DNA from: Enoplolaimus lenunculus
Lineage: Eukaryota
Direction of reading: 5' to 3'
Length of the DNA stretch: 64,000 nt
Assembly (NCBI GenBank): GCA_030248215.1
Contig: JASANG010001276.1
Location: 310,001 to 374,000, forward strand
Shown: piece by piece, positions 36,901-49,100 of the stretch
Numbering within the stretch: position 1 is the stretch's first letter
Layout of the letters: each line of letters starts with the position of its first letter
The notes under the pieces: model-generated
Told to the model about the DNA's origin: nothing
The model's database searches: none
The model's input: only the letters and a program-made list of their open reading frames with translations
Position numbers and translations under genes: made by a program

Positions 36901-39900
36901 AGCAAACTAGCAACTCACACCAATTTGATATTCACTGAGCGTTCCAATGGGTCCCAAAACGTTATAAAATGTATTTGTTCAAAACTTTTAATTTGGATAT
37001 GAGCTGATCAGGAGAGGTAATGACTAATCAAAAGTTCAGATATGCAAAAAGTTTCAAAATCGTACCATTTTCGGCAGAACGCCGGCAGCTGGCTGGGATA
37101 ATAAGGGACAAGTTCTAACATATCTAACCCCTGCATACAAAAACAATACACTGTGGATTCACAAATTTTCCGCACATTGCTACGAGTCAGAAGCGACGCT
37201 CAGACGTTTCTGCGGAGGCTAAGCCGCTCCCGATGGCCCCTCTGGTTACCGGCCCGCAGCCGACAAGATGATGCTCTAATAGCCAAAGTTTGGCATAACT
37301 AATATGCCAGTCAGATAGCTGCTAACTACTTGAAAAGCTGTTTTAGATGTTCATGTTTTTTAAATTCCTCGCTACCAAAAATACTTTAATGTTGAAATCA
37401 GACCGCTTGTAAATGTGATAACTAGCGAGTAATGTGAAAAGTTCTTATTTATGCTTAAAAATACAAATAAGCCTGTAGCTAATCAATGGCTTTGAATTTT
37501 AAAACACCAGTACGAGGTTAACACCCCACGATAACATACTTCCAGACCAGAAAAGTTCGTCAAACTCCGTTAAGCTGTTCCTGAGATTTTCGTCGGACGA
37601 TTGAACATTCACTTTTCGACCCCCGAGCAAAAAAAACAAAAAGCTTCGCGAAACTCCGAGCTTCGCTCAGAAATGGCGACAAGGATTACATACACACAGC
37701 TTGAAACTATACTTTCCTAAATTACTTACCAAATGTCCAACAATTTCATTAGCGTCCGCGTCAATGGCCGGCATTTGGTTTAGCGCAGCGATATAAAATA
37801 TTGTGTTGAAACGTTGCGATTGAGGAAATACATTCGGTGTACACCAACTGGACCATTCCTGAAACAAAACGTGACTAACTTGAGCTTATTCAGCATCGCT
37901 TAGTTCCGTAAACTTTATTTATAGACAAATTGAACATTTTTTCATTCAGCCCTCAAAATCCATTATGACAAATTATTTAAATGACAAGAAATAAAATAGA
38001 ACATTTTCCCATTGGTTTTTGAGCTACAATTCTGAACAGCAAATTGTAGTTTACACATCAGCAATATTTAGTACCAATGTTTGATCTCTAAAATTATTGT
38101 TCAACAATAAACCATTTCGACCATGCATGTATTTATATCAAACTCAATGTAAATTATAACCGTAAACGCCATTTTTCGACATTAAATATAAAATTCGGCA
38201 TAAGTAAATTTTTTAACAGCGTTTTCTGATTGTACACAGTTCCAAAACAGAATCAACTTAATTACTACAATATGTTTGATCAGTTGAAATGCTGGCCCAG
38301 ATTACTACTAGCAAACTAGCAACCCACCGAATCCGAACTAGCTTGCTTACCGTCAGCATGTCAATGCTTGGCATGAAATCGTTTTGTTCAAAAAAAGTTG
38401 AATATATTTCTGTTTGCAGTCTCGCTGGAGCTCGCATATCTTCAACATTAAATCGAACAGGTCGCCTACAAAATTTGTACTCTATGTTACCATCTAGCAT
38501 TTCCGAATACAGCAGGTGTTTTTGCTACGTTCCAACGGAGTGAAAAGAGACTTCACCCAGGGACCCTCGGAATGGTAACCGGGGGAATACTCGTGAGTGG
38601 GGGTGAAAATTTGTATCGATAAAATTAAACGGTACGTATAGCGTAGTGTCCAATTATTCACTTTGGCTTATATCATTGAACTTAAAAACTAACAGTAAAT
38701 TCCATCTCACATATTGGGATACAAACACGTTTTCTTGAATGGTCAAGTGTTGTATTTCAATGCTGCAAGGAATTGTTCATATAATAAAGTTATCAGCAAT
38801 AATTGCCTGTGGTCCTCACAAGTGTGCGTGGATATTATTTCGCTGGATACCGCAACCGGATAGTGAATTTTTTACCGGAATATCTAAATTTGTGGATTTG
38901 AAGTACTCCAGTAGAGCAAACCTATACGTTCTCTTTTGTTAAGGATTAATTGTTAGCTTGAATTTTTCGTTTTTACTTCAGTGTATCAAACTTGATCTGG
39001 AGATACCCAAAAATGCAAACACAGCAAGCTGTTAAAACGCTCACATAAAAAAGCAGTTGTGTGAAAACTGGAACTCAACATTGGTTTTTTACTGGATATT
39101 AAACCGGGTCCTCATATCCGATCGTACTTTTTGTCGATGCCGATTCTTGTTACAAAAAATTTGCTAAAGCCAAACCGATGGCGATACAGTTGCACTATAT
39201 GATGCTCAAAAGCATCATGATTAGAGATGTCCCGGTGACGGCGCCGGGGACAGAAACATACACTAAACTTCAAATTTTGTGTATTTTTCGCGTAAGCATG
39301 TACCTAAGAGCATAGTACCGTTTTTATCATATCGCATCACGCGACATTTTGTTGATACTACCATGTTGTGAAGTTACTGTTAATGCGTTTGTTATTTGTC
39401 ATATCGCGTCACGCGACATTTTGCATATGGTAATGTAATAATCTTACTTTGGTACGTTCGGATTGTGGGTAAATTGTGCCGCTGAACATTTTGCCTAGAC
39501 ATATGTAGAGTGCTGTTGTAAAGGTGAATATTCATAGCATCGATCAACTAAGTTTTTAAATAGGTTGCCACACATATGTACTCATTCTAGTATGCAAACT
39601 GTGCTCTTGAGTTGAGTAGTAACAAACTCTACTAATACGACAAGAATTACAATATAGAGTAACACTACTTGCATGCAGGCACATAGTTAGACCAAAATAT
39701 TACGTTGTATCAGGGTTCCAACAGGAACTAAAAATATTACGTTGCAGGGTTCCAACAGGAACTAACCTTTGCCGGAACAGGAACGGGAATTAAAACAATT
39801 TTCATCATCGAATTGCTGTTGGACTTTTTTAAAACTTGTCAAAAATGCCTTAAGCGGATTTTCAACTACTTCAACATCAAGCTTTGCGAAAACAAATCAG

Positions 39901-42900
39901 AAACTGTTCATTAACAAGTAAAATTAATGGCAAAAGTAATCATTTCGAAATAACAATTTGTGTAAGACAAAGTTTCCCATATTCAAATGATTAGTAATTG
40001 CCACAAAACCGCAAAAATTCCGGTTCCTGCATCTTTGAATGTAGGAACAGGAACAGGAGCAGGAATTGAATTTTGGCATAAATTCCGGTTAAACCCTGCG
40101 TTGTATGTACTAACAAACTTCAAAATAGGGCATGCGGGAAATTTGTATACCTTACAAGCGTGGCCAGAAATTTTCTAGGGTCAACTGAGCGTCATACGCT
40201 TTGGCTACGAGCCTAAGATCATGTTAGATAACTAAACATTTACATAGGATCTCTTGCTTCAGCAAGTTCCAATATACTTGGCGAGTACAAGTAATTTGAG
40301 CGCGGCGACGACGTGAAATCTTGACAAAGCAGTAGCCCAGTTTCTTCGAATAATTCGCGCAACGCACAAATCTTGAAACCAACAGGAGCCGGAAGCTTGA
40401 CGTCTGATAACGAGTTACTCTGAAATTTGACGGGAATGACAACATTATGAAAAAGTAATACACAGGCTGCGGACGAAATTTATAAAAATTGCATCTCACT
40501 TAAACAATCGTAAAATAAGCCAAATGTTTAATATAGGGGCCAGTCCACTAAAGCTATACAGCTATACCTAAGCCTAAGCGAAAACCTAAACAGAAGTCAA
40601 ATCGTAATCCTAAGTCCGTCTGTGTCATTGTCTTCCACTGGACAGGCCTTATTATTAACATGGTACGCGTGTCCGTGCAACTAGCTAGCAGATTTTTTAG
40701 CATTTTCTGATGGAAACGTAGTCGTACAGTTTCAAATTCCTGCACGATTGCTCCAGTAACGTAAAACCTAACTTATGGCTAATGTTAGGAATAAGATGAC
40801 AAATCTATTTCAAACACTGTTTTACAAAATAATCAATTATTTTTTAAAACAGCACAGAAAAATTAAATTCACTATATCTAACAACACTCAAGCGTTTCAG
40901 CAGTTATAGAGGGAAAAAATTTAAAAACTTACGTGTGCAACGTCCTGAGATTCGCCAGGTTCCGAGTCGAATCTCTGACGGTATTTGCGAAATATTTCAG
41001 GACGCGGTTCTGGATATTTTTGAAAACTGTTCAACATGGCCAGTTGCTCCGAAATATTCAAAGGAACTCTGTCTGTATGTCAAAGTGAAACATGTTTTAT
41101 GTTACATAATACCATCAACTGAATAACAAATCGAAATTATACAAAACTGACAATAGGTACTTTTAGTGATATAAACCGATATTTGAACAGAAAGTTAAAA
41201 CAAAGGAAAAGCCGCGAAGTAAACCTGGCTAGCGAGAAAACAAACGCAGTTTTAGTATTATTGTTTCGTTCTGGTAAACAGCAAGAGATACATTCGCTAA
41301 ATCTCATTCATTATTTGAATCCAGACCGGACACCGCCTAACCAGAGGATTGTGGTGTGCTAAGGACGGCCCTGATTTTAATTTCTGTGTTCAAATTCAAA
41401 TTTACAAAACTCGTTTAAACAATATAAGGCGGCATTATGACCGAAGAGCTATTTAACATACTGTTGAATGCCGCTCGTAAAAACGGCTCCACCCAATACG
41501 AAGAGCAATCGGAATGCAACTGGAATTCGCCGCCTGGGAATACAAACGAGCCTGGCATTACTGAACTGCGCGGTGTGCGTTCGACCAGTAGCACATTGAA
41601 GTCACGATGAGCATATTTATCGGTTGCCTGTAAAATTACCAAAAGCACACACAATATTGTACATGCAAAATGTTATGCCATAGTTGCCTAATAATTATGC
41701 AGGGTACAAAAGAAATCCCCCATTCCGGTTAGTATTTCGACTGCAGCTGATATATATGCACAAGACTCTATACCGAGTTTCTCACCAAACTTTTATTGCT
41801 GCTCAGACCCAGTAGCCAGCTTACCTTGCTGGCGGGCGGCTAAAAATTTCTCAGGAGAGACATACAAAGGTTTTCGTCGAGTTACAATAAACAAGCAAGG
41901 TTGAAAATTTTCTAGGGGGAAGGACTAAATTTTTCCAGGTCTGAGCCCCTCCCCTCCTGCCCACCCGTGGCAACAGGCTCGTTGCAGCTAGAAAACAGAC
42001 GATGAAACAAACTATTTTTACAAAGAAACGGCCTATATTTAACGTTTTCTTAGCATTTTCCCAACATCGTTAAAATCGGAGTCAACGAAATCGCTATTAA
42101 ACAATAAAATAATAAAGTGCATGAAATTTACAAAATAATGATGATGCAATAATATTGCTAGTGATAAAAAAAACTGGTTAAAAATATAATAAAACAGAAA
42201 AGATCCATGGCCTGATGGTCAGTCTGAAAGTCAAAAGTTAACCCAAAATTGTTTTACCTGTTTGGTGGCTTCACTCAAAATACGCTGAGTCGGATCGCTA
42301 GGGTGCGAATAAACTTTTGGCGTTGTTCGCTTGGCTGCCACTGAAACAGTTAATCAATATAATTTACAATATTTGGACTCACCAAGTGGAACAGCATTCT
42401 CAATCACGGTCCATTTACAAATTAGCAAGGGCTACATTGTGAATCTCGCAGCTAAATTAAAATAAAACTTCATGTATGCTGTAGATTCTGAGCCAGAATT
42501 ACTACATTTTGCTGAATAACGTGCGTTATGCTCCGAGTCTACCTCAACACGACTTAAGTTACGGGTCGATTTAAACCATATTCTAGATTAAATTTTGTAA
42601 TTACAAAACCGCGTTCCATCGGAATTCCTGTTGCCACTGGAATTCTTGCACAAAATCGATTACTGTTTCTGTTCCGGCATATGGACGGCAGAACGCAGGA
42701 ACCGGAATTTTAATGGTGTTGCGCAGAATCATTACCACACTATATTTTTAGTTGCAGAATAATATTAGTTCGAAAACAATGCGTTTACTCTTAGTTCTGT
42801 TTAGGTAAAATAAGCATTTTTGTCTTGTTTACCAAACATTAACAAATAATTCGGTGATGAAAATTATTATAAATTTCGGTTTTTATTTCAGTAACAAAAT

Positions 42901-43121
42901 TCAATTCCTGTTCCGGCAAAGTTCCGGATTCAACCCTGCTACAAAGTAATTGTAAGCTAAGCATCGCCATATAGAGCCCTTCGTTAAAATGTTGCTGCGG
43001 ATTCAGTAAAGCTTACAAACGACATAGTATGCAACTTGAATGCAAATTGGCTTTCATGTATGCAAAATAATGCGTAATTTTTACCGAGAATGATCGATGC
43101 GGCGTCTCTGAGTTTACTCAT
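18917..43121 (-). CDS. NUDT19: Acyl-CoA diphosphatase NUDT19-like Nudix hydrolase, ~421 aa; exons 43121-43085, 42340-42258, 41627-41462, 41072-40933, 40419-40244, 38465-38351, 37858-37730, 20246-20036, 19125-18917
   Basis: All nine exons join in frame (1266 nt) and give family motifs in order: LRDAASIILVA, VLLVERTPRSSVMPGSFVFPGG, FKICALRELFEETGLLL, EWSSWCTP...RFNTIFY, WIDPEDA...LAPPQVYELARL, ALPGDEMY, RLHR. Confidence 0.9.
19267..19411. mobile_element. TTAGGC-bearing MITE
   Basis: GGCCCATGTTACTTTAA...TTAAAGTAACATTGGCC; TSD ACTGGCGT/ATTGGCGT. Confidence 0.8.
19672..19850. mobile_element. TTAGGC-bearing MITE nested in an older copy of the same family
   Basis: TIRs GGTCCATGTATAGAACAGGGCC / GGCCCTGTTCTATACATTGGCC; TSD AACAGTAG/AACAGAAG; the host copy begins at ~19640. 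Confidence 0.75.
21416..21578. mobile_element. GC-rich palindromic MITE (second copy 56916-57072)
   Basis: TAA|GGGTTGCGCTATACT...AGTATAGCACAACCC|TTA; CGCCG-rich interior shared with the second copy. Confidence 0.7.
22475..22621. mobile_element. TTAGGC-bearing MITE
   Basis: GGCC termini; perfect TSD ATAATTGC. Confidence 0.8.
22697..26707 (-). CDS. trk: Trunk/PTTH-family secreted cystine-knot protein, ~689 aa; exons 26707-26199, 25668-25556, 24788-23554, 22909-22697
   Basis: In-frame joins at three TTTCAG acceptors (2070 nt). N-terminal hydrophobic segment, then C...LRRMLGTSYDERYQSIHRP (trunk/noggin-like N-terminal motif). C-terminal knot: WHCDTVVDWVDLGSNRFPQYIRNATCTSNTCWYGRSTCIGKGFYVKVLRR...C...WVWEEISINVCCEC. 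Confidence 0.85.
22915..23043. repeat. Compound microsatellite (CAA/CAG/TAA/CAC)
   Basis: Directly visible; abuts the acceptor of the last trunk exon. Confidence 0.9.
27310..27685. mobile_element. hAT-like MITE with TTCCGA repeats (related copy ~28790-29157)
   Basis: GGGTGCAACC...GACACCCTG ends, GATTCC repeats and shared internal sequence. Confidence 0.55.
27848..28226. mobile_element. TA-flanked Tc1-like MITE
   Basis: TAGTGACCCGAATAAGAGGGG...CCCCTCGTATTCGGGTCACCACAG|TA. Confidence 0.7.
29893..30067. mobile_element. TTAGGC-bearing MITE
   Basis: GGCCAATGTTACTTT...AAAGTAACATGGGCC. Confidence 0.75.
30255..30759. mobile_element. Long-TIR non-autonomous DNA element
   Basis: CGTTATCCCCCCAGCCCGTGTTTACCCAAAAAT / ATTTTTGGGCAAACGCGGGCTGGGGGGATAACG; imperfect inverted symmetry extends about 110 bp. 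Confidence 0.75.
30895..31238. mobile_element. hAT-type MITE with ATCGGC repeats
   Basis: TAGGGATATGCC...GGCACATCCCTA; TSD ATTTTCAT/ATTTTGAT. Confidence 0.75.
31492..31659. mobile_element. TTAGGC-bearing MITE
   Basis: GGCCAATGTTACTTTAAGGGG / CCCCTTAAAGTAACATGGCC; perfect TSD ATTCAATG. Confidence 0.8.
31968..32189. mobile_element. Short MITE
   Basis: TIR GGCCCGTATTCTCAAATG / CATTTGAGAATACGGGCC. Confidence 0.7.
32920..33470 (+). repeat. Degenerate interstitial TTAGGC array with higher-order repeats
   Basis: Many TTAGGC/TTAGGT/TTAAGC hexamers; recurring AGGCTTTGGTTTAAACATAGATTAGATCTTAAATGAC block. Confidence 0.75.
34118..34303. mobile_element. TTAGGC-bearing MITE
   Basis: GGCTCATGTATAGAAC...GTTCTATACATGGGCC. 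Confidence 0.75.
34696..34779. repeat. 24-bp tandem repeat, ~3.5 copies
   Basis: ATCCGAATTAGTGCTTCAATTTCG repeated exactly. Confidence 0.9.
35256..35448. mobile_element. TTAGGC-bearing MITE
   Basis: GGCCTATGTTACTTTA...TAAAGTAACATTGGCC; TSD ACAACAAG/ACGACAAG. Confidence 0.8.
37300..37668 (-). mobile_element. Partial DINE-1/HINE-type element
   Basis: Homologous to ~5990-6210, including GCTTCGCGAAACTCCGAGCTTCGCTC. Confidence 0.7.
39745..40098. mobile_element. hAT-like MITE with GGAACA repeats (related remnant ~42600-42938)
   Basis: CAGGGTT...AACCCTG termini; GGAACAGGAAC repeats. Confidence 0.55.
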
Positions 43122-44352
43122 TATAGCAATTGCAACACGAATCTGGCCTTAATTATTTAACAACAAATACTTTATAAAGCTGTTTAAAGTACTTATGACA
43201 TAGCTATAAGAAAAATGTTGCACATATACTGCTAGTGTAGTGCAAAACGCCAAATAATTTCGCACCACAAATTAATATATTATCATTTCCGTTCGTTAAA
43301 ACGTCCGCTTAGAGATCAAAGCCAGGGTGCAAACAAAATTACAAAATATGGAACCGAAAGGCTCAAAAAAGCCAGAGCCAGGAAGCGTAGCCCTATTATT
43401 ATCGCTTTTAAACGGGGAAAATATATCCTGCAATTTTTGTTACAGATATGCTGGAACTTTACGAAATGATAAATTATATATAGTGTGTTGCAAATCGAAA
43501 ATTGTGGTAATAATACACGCTCAAACTACGTTTAGTAAAACAAATCACAATATATGCCAATAATTCTTAATTATCGTACAAGACAAATTTTCAATACCGA
43601 AAATACCGTTCGGACCTTACCGGAACTGGACAGTGAAAATACAGTTGTATTACTGCAACCAAAATTCCGGTAGTACCAGGTCAACGCAGTTTCGCTGCTT
43701 TGCAAAAGCAGAGGTTGGGAAATTTTTTGTATTGGTCGATATAGTTAAACAAATTCAGACGAATGTTGCTATAACATCAAGCTCATAATTATTTGCAAAG
43801 GAAGCTTTTTGGTCAGTTTATGCTCTCATAAATAAATAAATTTCTCCAGTTTACAGCATAATATTCGCTACAGCACAATAGACTGATTTATTGTTAGACA
43901 AATCACTAACAATTCTCTGTATAAATAGACAGCGATGACATTCGATGCGTTATATTTTAATATATATTACGTTTTCTCTAATCGCTCTTTGTAAATCTAA
44001 ACTATCAGCTCATTTGTTAGAAACATCAGCTTTCTAAGTTTAATCGACTCCAAGAAATATGACATTGAAAAATAATGAACAAACATTCAAGGATGTAATT
44101 GGATATTCGTTTCCGGTTAAAATCGGTGTTCGTTTTCGTTACAGAAATGACGGGAATTCCATTACTTTTATGCTCAAAATTAGTTACAAATCTCGCATTT
44201 TTTTCATTTCAGATATGCTACACTTGTTCGATATGAAATTAAAATTACGAAAGAAATCCAAATATCTTAATTTCGGCACATCTGCTAGTTTTAAGTGAAT
44301 ATTTGCATGCTACAATTGTGTTGACGGAAAAATAAAACATCTTTGAAGCTTT

Positions 44353-44512
44353 GGCCCATGTAAGGATCAGAGGCGAAACGATTTTCTTTGGGACTAGAGA
44401 AGAGTAAGCTTAAGCTTTAGACTAATTTTTTTGCTTGGCTTAGCAATACGCTCATTGTTACACTTAGGAATATGCTTATAATACTGTTCCGCCCCCGTTC
44501 TTTACATTGGCC
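44353..44512. mobile_element. TTAGGC-family MITE
   Basis: GGCCCATGTAA...TTACATTGGCC; TSD GAAGCTTT/GACACTTT. Confidence 0.7.
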
Positions 44513-45607
44513 GACACTTTTGCTCTTCAATATCAGTGTTCCGTATTTTGATCACTATCGGTTTAGGTTATTTTTACTATAAGTATACGCCAGGGTGCAA
44601 CCGAAGGCGAGATTAGGTAGTAACAATGATGGCTAATTAGTTAATTTTAACCAATATCTGCAATATCTTGTTAAGTTGTTTGGTTTTACGCTAATTTCAT
44701 GGCGAAATTTCGGAAATTCTTTCCTGAAAATTGTGACAAAAGTAAAATGATACACGCTAAAAGGATAAATTTTGCAAAATTATGCAAAATTTTACTACCG
44801 AAATTGCCGAACCCTCCGGCAAAAATTCTACCGGAGCCGGAGGCAGACCTACGGTTGTACCCTGGTATACACTATTCTCACTATTACTAAATTATGGTTT
44901 TTCACCACTGATCCCCGCTGCTGTTCCATGCTAGAACCATGGACAGTTATAGATTTCAAATGTCCAACGGTTTCGCGGAACTGAATTGAACTGAGTCAAT
45001 AAAAATGCACATCAACAAAGATAAAAAGATATTAACTGCACTAAACTATCGGAGCCCGCGTCCATTAATCGAACACAAAAATTCTACGATACTTAGTTGA
45101 TTCGTTATAAAAACACGAAGAAGTCCAATTATTTTTTCCAAAAATTCGGGTAATGTGATTGGTCGATAGAAATAAAGTTCGAATAAAAACGTCAATAAAC
45201 TCCAAAACTTACATGTGTTAAATTTAAAGTAGTTTGTTCTCTAATTACATAGAAGCTTTCAGTTATTTATGGAACCTTCCATATTCGTAAAAACACAATT
45301 TCAATGAAAACAACGATTTTGTAAAACACGAGATGCTGCAATGCAACGCAATAAAAATTACAATATAACAATGTAGTACTCCACGCTTATGCGATGACTG
45401 TGAAAAAATACTCATGTCTGTATGTTTAACCTTATGCTAGGTAACTCATAAAACACTGTGCTTATTGTGGATTTACGGTGTTTACCTTAACTGTAACATA
45501 GCACCGATCGCTTGCCATCACAATGCAGTATTGTGATTAATAGTTTATTACCTCTGCCGTTATGTAACAATAGCTAGTCAGATTGATAGTATAAACACAA
45601 ACTTAAT

Positions 45608-48393
45608 TCAATACGGTCTGCTGCCATGTCCACGTCGCCCACGACCTCTCATAGGACCACCACCTCGAGATCCTGAAATAAGACAGAGTATTAAAAACTG
45701 ATAGATTAAAATACATTAAATTTTTTATGAACGTTAACCGGAACAAATAAACCAAAATTATACGCTATTCGTTTGCTTGCATGTAGATACAACAGCCGAC
45801 TCCTTTATCCATGCGCTTTAGAAGATCAACACTATTCTAAACCCGCAAATTATTATTTAACGGTTTTAATTGCAAAACGGTTCTTTACCCTATAGCACTA
45901 AATAAACAAAATTAGCTAACCAACCTGCAAAACCTGATACGCTGCTGTAATAACTCTGGTCAAAACCAAAACCTTGATCAAATCCAAAATTGCCACCATA
46001 ATAGCCCATAGGACCAGCAGGAGGGAAATTCTGTCTGAAACAACAAGATTAAAAAGTCAACACTTCACTCAAGTGCGATACCACAATTTAAATCAGAATA
46101 TAACCGAATGTTAAAGTTGTAAACCAATTCGAAAAATTAAATGCTTAATAGCCGTAGATGTAGCATACGTAGTAGAGAATAATTGTTTCCGAAGACGGAA
46201 ATCGACTGTCCAATGGTCAATTTAGCTAACATAACATAACATATTTTATATTTATAAAAATGATTAACGCGTACTGTGGTGGAACTTGTTGAGTTTCAGG
46301 ATTGCTGTTCTATAACAAAATAACACATGGTGGTTTATCGAATAAAACAAGTTCACGTTATAAATTTATAGGTACGAACAATCCATGGACCGACCGGATA
46401 TTAAGTTACCGGATAGTGAATTTTCTACAGGAATCGGATATTGACCGGATAATTGTAGTTTGTACACTGCTGAATATTCTTTGAGACGCACAAAAGTACA
46501 CGTTTACAGAATAAATTAATTGCTAGCTTCCATTGTTCATTTTTACTTCAGTGTGAAGAACTTGCGCTTCTTATTTTGCCCGGAAATGCCACAGCAGCAA
46601 GATGTTAAATATGTCCACTTTTAAGCATTAGGTACAAAAAACATACTGCCAGAAGCTAATTATCAGTTTTAAATACAACTATAGCGATGATTATAAGATA
46701 GTGAAGTTCTCATTTTACCAATAAAAATCTATCAATTTATTTTTGCAGATCTGATTTAAGAAATTGCAAAAAAGACACAAGCAAGCCAGAGCGGCTAAAA
46801 CAAATTCTAAGCAACTTACGGGATCTATGTATCGCATTACTTCCGAAATAGCATATGCCATACGTTGGTACACAACTGTTGGTGGGGCACGTACTTCTAT
46901 TCGAATATGAAGATTTTCAGAAAAATGGGCATATTTCGGATCTCCGGTTTCGTATAATTCAGTTTCCTAGTACATAAACATACGCATAGTTTTCCGAGCC
47001 AACACGTCATTATTGTCAGTGATAAATATTAATCGTAAACAAAAAACTTATATAATCCATTATAGGATGCTAACTACTCCATTCACGAGTTGACAATAAT
47101 TCAGTTTCCTAGTACATAAACATACGCATAGTTTTCCGAGCCAACACGTCATTATTGTCAGTGATAAATATTAATCGTAAACAAAAAACTTATATAATCC
47201 ATTATAGGATGCTAACTACTCCATTCACGAGTTGACAAAGATTCAACTGTTGATGGAAAAAACACTGAACAAGACAATTACAAGTTTTCAACGTAAGCTA
47301 AACATTATATTTTCACGTAGTTCTCCAGAATCTAACTGCACCTTTTCTTTGTCTCGCATGGAGCCTTTGCCTAATATTGAAATCTTTGATCTCGTTTCCT
47401 TCTGCATTGCCTTCAGCGTTGCACCTCGAGGTCCTAACAGTCTTCCAATAACATTTATCTGTAATTCGATATGGTTAACAAATCAAAATTTAAATTATTC
47501 GAGTGCACTCTGTTACCACCAGTCGCAGCAATACATACTTCATTAGCGAAAAAAGACTAGGGCGGCACGGCTGCAACACAAAATATCAGTGTTTCGTTAA
47601 AATGATATAAACGGACGCTAAATATATCAACCGAAGCTTTATTTCATATTTATATCCACAACATCCTTATTAACTACAGTCTTTTACATTTTTAACACCA
47701 GTTTACTTACCGTACTGTCAGACGCCGTTGGAACTAATACTCGCCGAATTAATTTGATAAATTTGTCTGATCCAATGTCAATGTAGTGAGGTTCATGAAC
47801 GGATAGCTTTATATTCTCGATTTCTATACAATAAAATAATTATTGTGAAAAAGCCCAATTTCGATCTAGCTTTTACCTTTTCAGGCGCTTGCTACTTCGT
47901 ACGTCTGTGTTCGTAAATTTCATTCACAGAGAGAACTCTGAAAATCTGAACATTTTCGATTCCTGCGCGGACCGGAACGTTACGGTTTTGCAGTATATAA
48001 CAAACTCGTGTATGCGTTAAAGCTCTGCATGGCTAGCAATATACTCCCAATATTCTGTTTCAAATGATTGACATTGATACTAAACGTACCGAAAATTAAT
48101 CAAGAACAATCTGTTTTAACCACAAGCAACGGCCATTTACATCAAAAAATATACGTACCTCTAACTAGCAGCTGCGACGCTAGCGGAAAATTATCTCCAA
48201 GCCTTGTTTTTTCTTCCATGTAGGCTTTTGCTTTCTCCTCTGCTTCAATAGCTTCTTTAGATTGTTCTTCGCTACCTTCTGTTGGTTGCTCTTCGTTATG
48301 ATTCTCAGATGCATCATTCTGTGCAGTGCTGCTGAGCTGCGCGTGATTATCACTCACACCTTCGTCTACAGTAAAATCTGACTCCTCGGCCAT
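45608..48393 (-). CDS. KHDRBS: STAR-family KH RNA-binding protein (KHDRBS/Sam68-like), ~260 aa; exons 48393-48159, 47823-47711, 47458-47342, 46966-46820, 46030-45925, 45672-45608
   Basis: QUA1-like [24 protein letters not shown] domain [40 protein letters not shown]...[17 protein letters not shown]; Tyr/Gly-rich tail; RG repeats ending RPY*. All exons in frame (783 nt). Confidence 0.88.
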
Positions 48394-48739
48394 ATGGTTA
48401 GTATTGAAAATAACAGATAAAATCTGATCTACTTTTAATATAATTAATAGTACTGGTACGCAGATTGCCAAAATATGTACCTATAACTAACGTAATAAAA
48501 TATCGCTTTATCATCATACTAGCACCATGAATTTCGCCCTTGTTTAGAAATACTTTTTAAATACCGAATCTTATTATAATGCAATTAGCAATGCCCTAAA
48601 TCAATATATCTGTTTTTCGCGTGCAGGTTAATCATATAATCTCAGAACTGGTATAAGCACCGGTTTTTCGAAAACTTAACAAAATAATAATGGAACGATG
48701 AAAACATTGGATTCCGAACAATTTACCTATATGAGAATA

Positions 48740-49100
48740 CAATTGCTCGGTTTGGAATATTTGTGTGCTTCGCGACATTGACTATCTTGAAAAGGTGCAG
48801 CGGTACTTAGCAGGAGAATATTTTTCATTTGGGTGTTATTGATAACATAACGCGACTACAAGAACTTGGACTCCAGCCATTAGAGTTTAGACGTCTCAAA
48901 TCAAATTTAGAACCATGTATAAGAGATAGTACATGATGACATACTATTGATTTTTGGTGACTTAATTCTTTTCATCCCTAAATGGTTGCACTCGGGGCCA
49001 TTCCCACGATTTATGTTGCCTCAGGCTTATCCAACTATGCTAAGAAATCCATTTTTCTTTCGTATCACGCCATGCTGGAATAGTTTAACCTCAGCCCGTT
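48740..49100 (+). mobile_element. Degraded CR1/L2-clade LINE ORF2 3' fragment
   Basis: Translates with frameshifts to ...RLQELGLQPLEFRRLKSNL...RNPFFFRITPCWNSL, typical of the C-terminus of CR1/L2 reverse transcriptase. Confidence 0.7.

Noticed and set aside
40554..40790. Additional NUDT19 exon
   Set aside because: Not needed: 40933 joins 40419 in frame, and the translation has no NUDT19 motif.
43121..45608. KHDRBS-NUDT19 operon
   Set aside because: Same strand, but ~2.5 kb apart with MITEs between; there is no sequence evidence without spliced-leader data.
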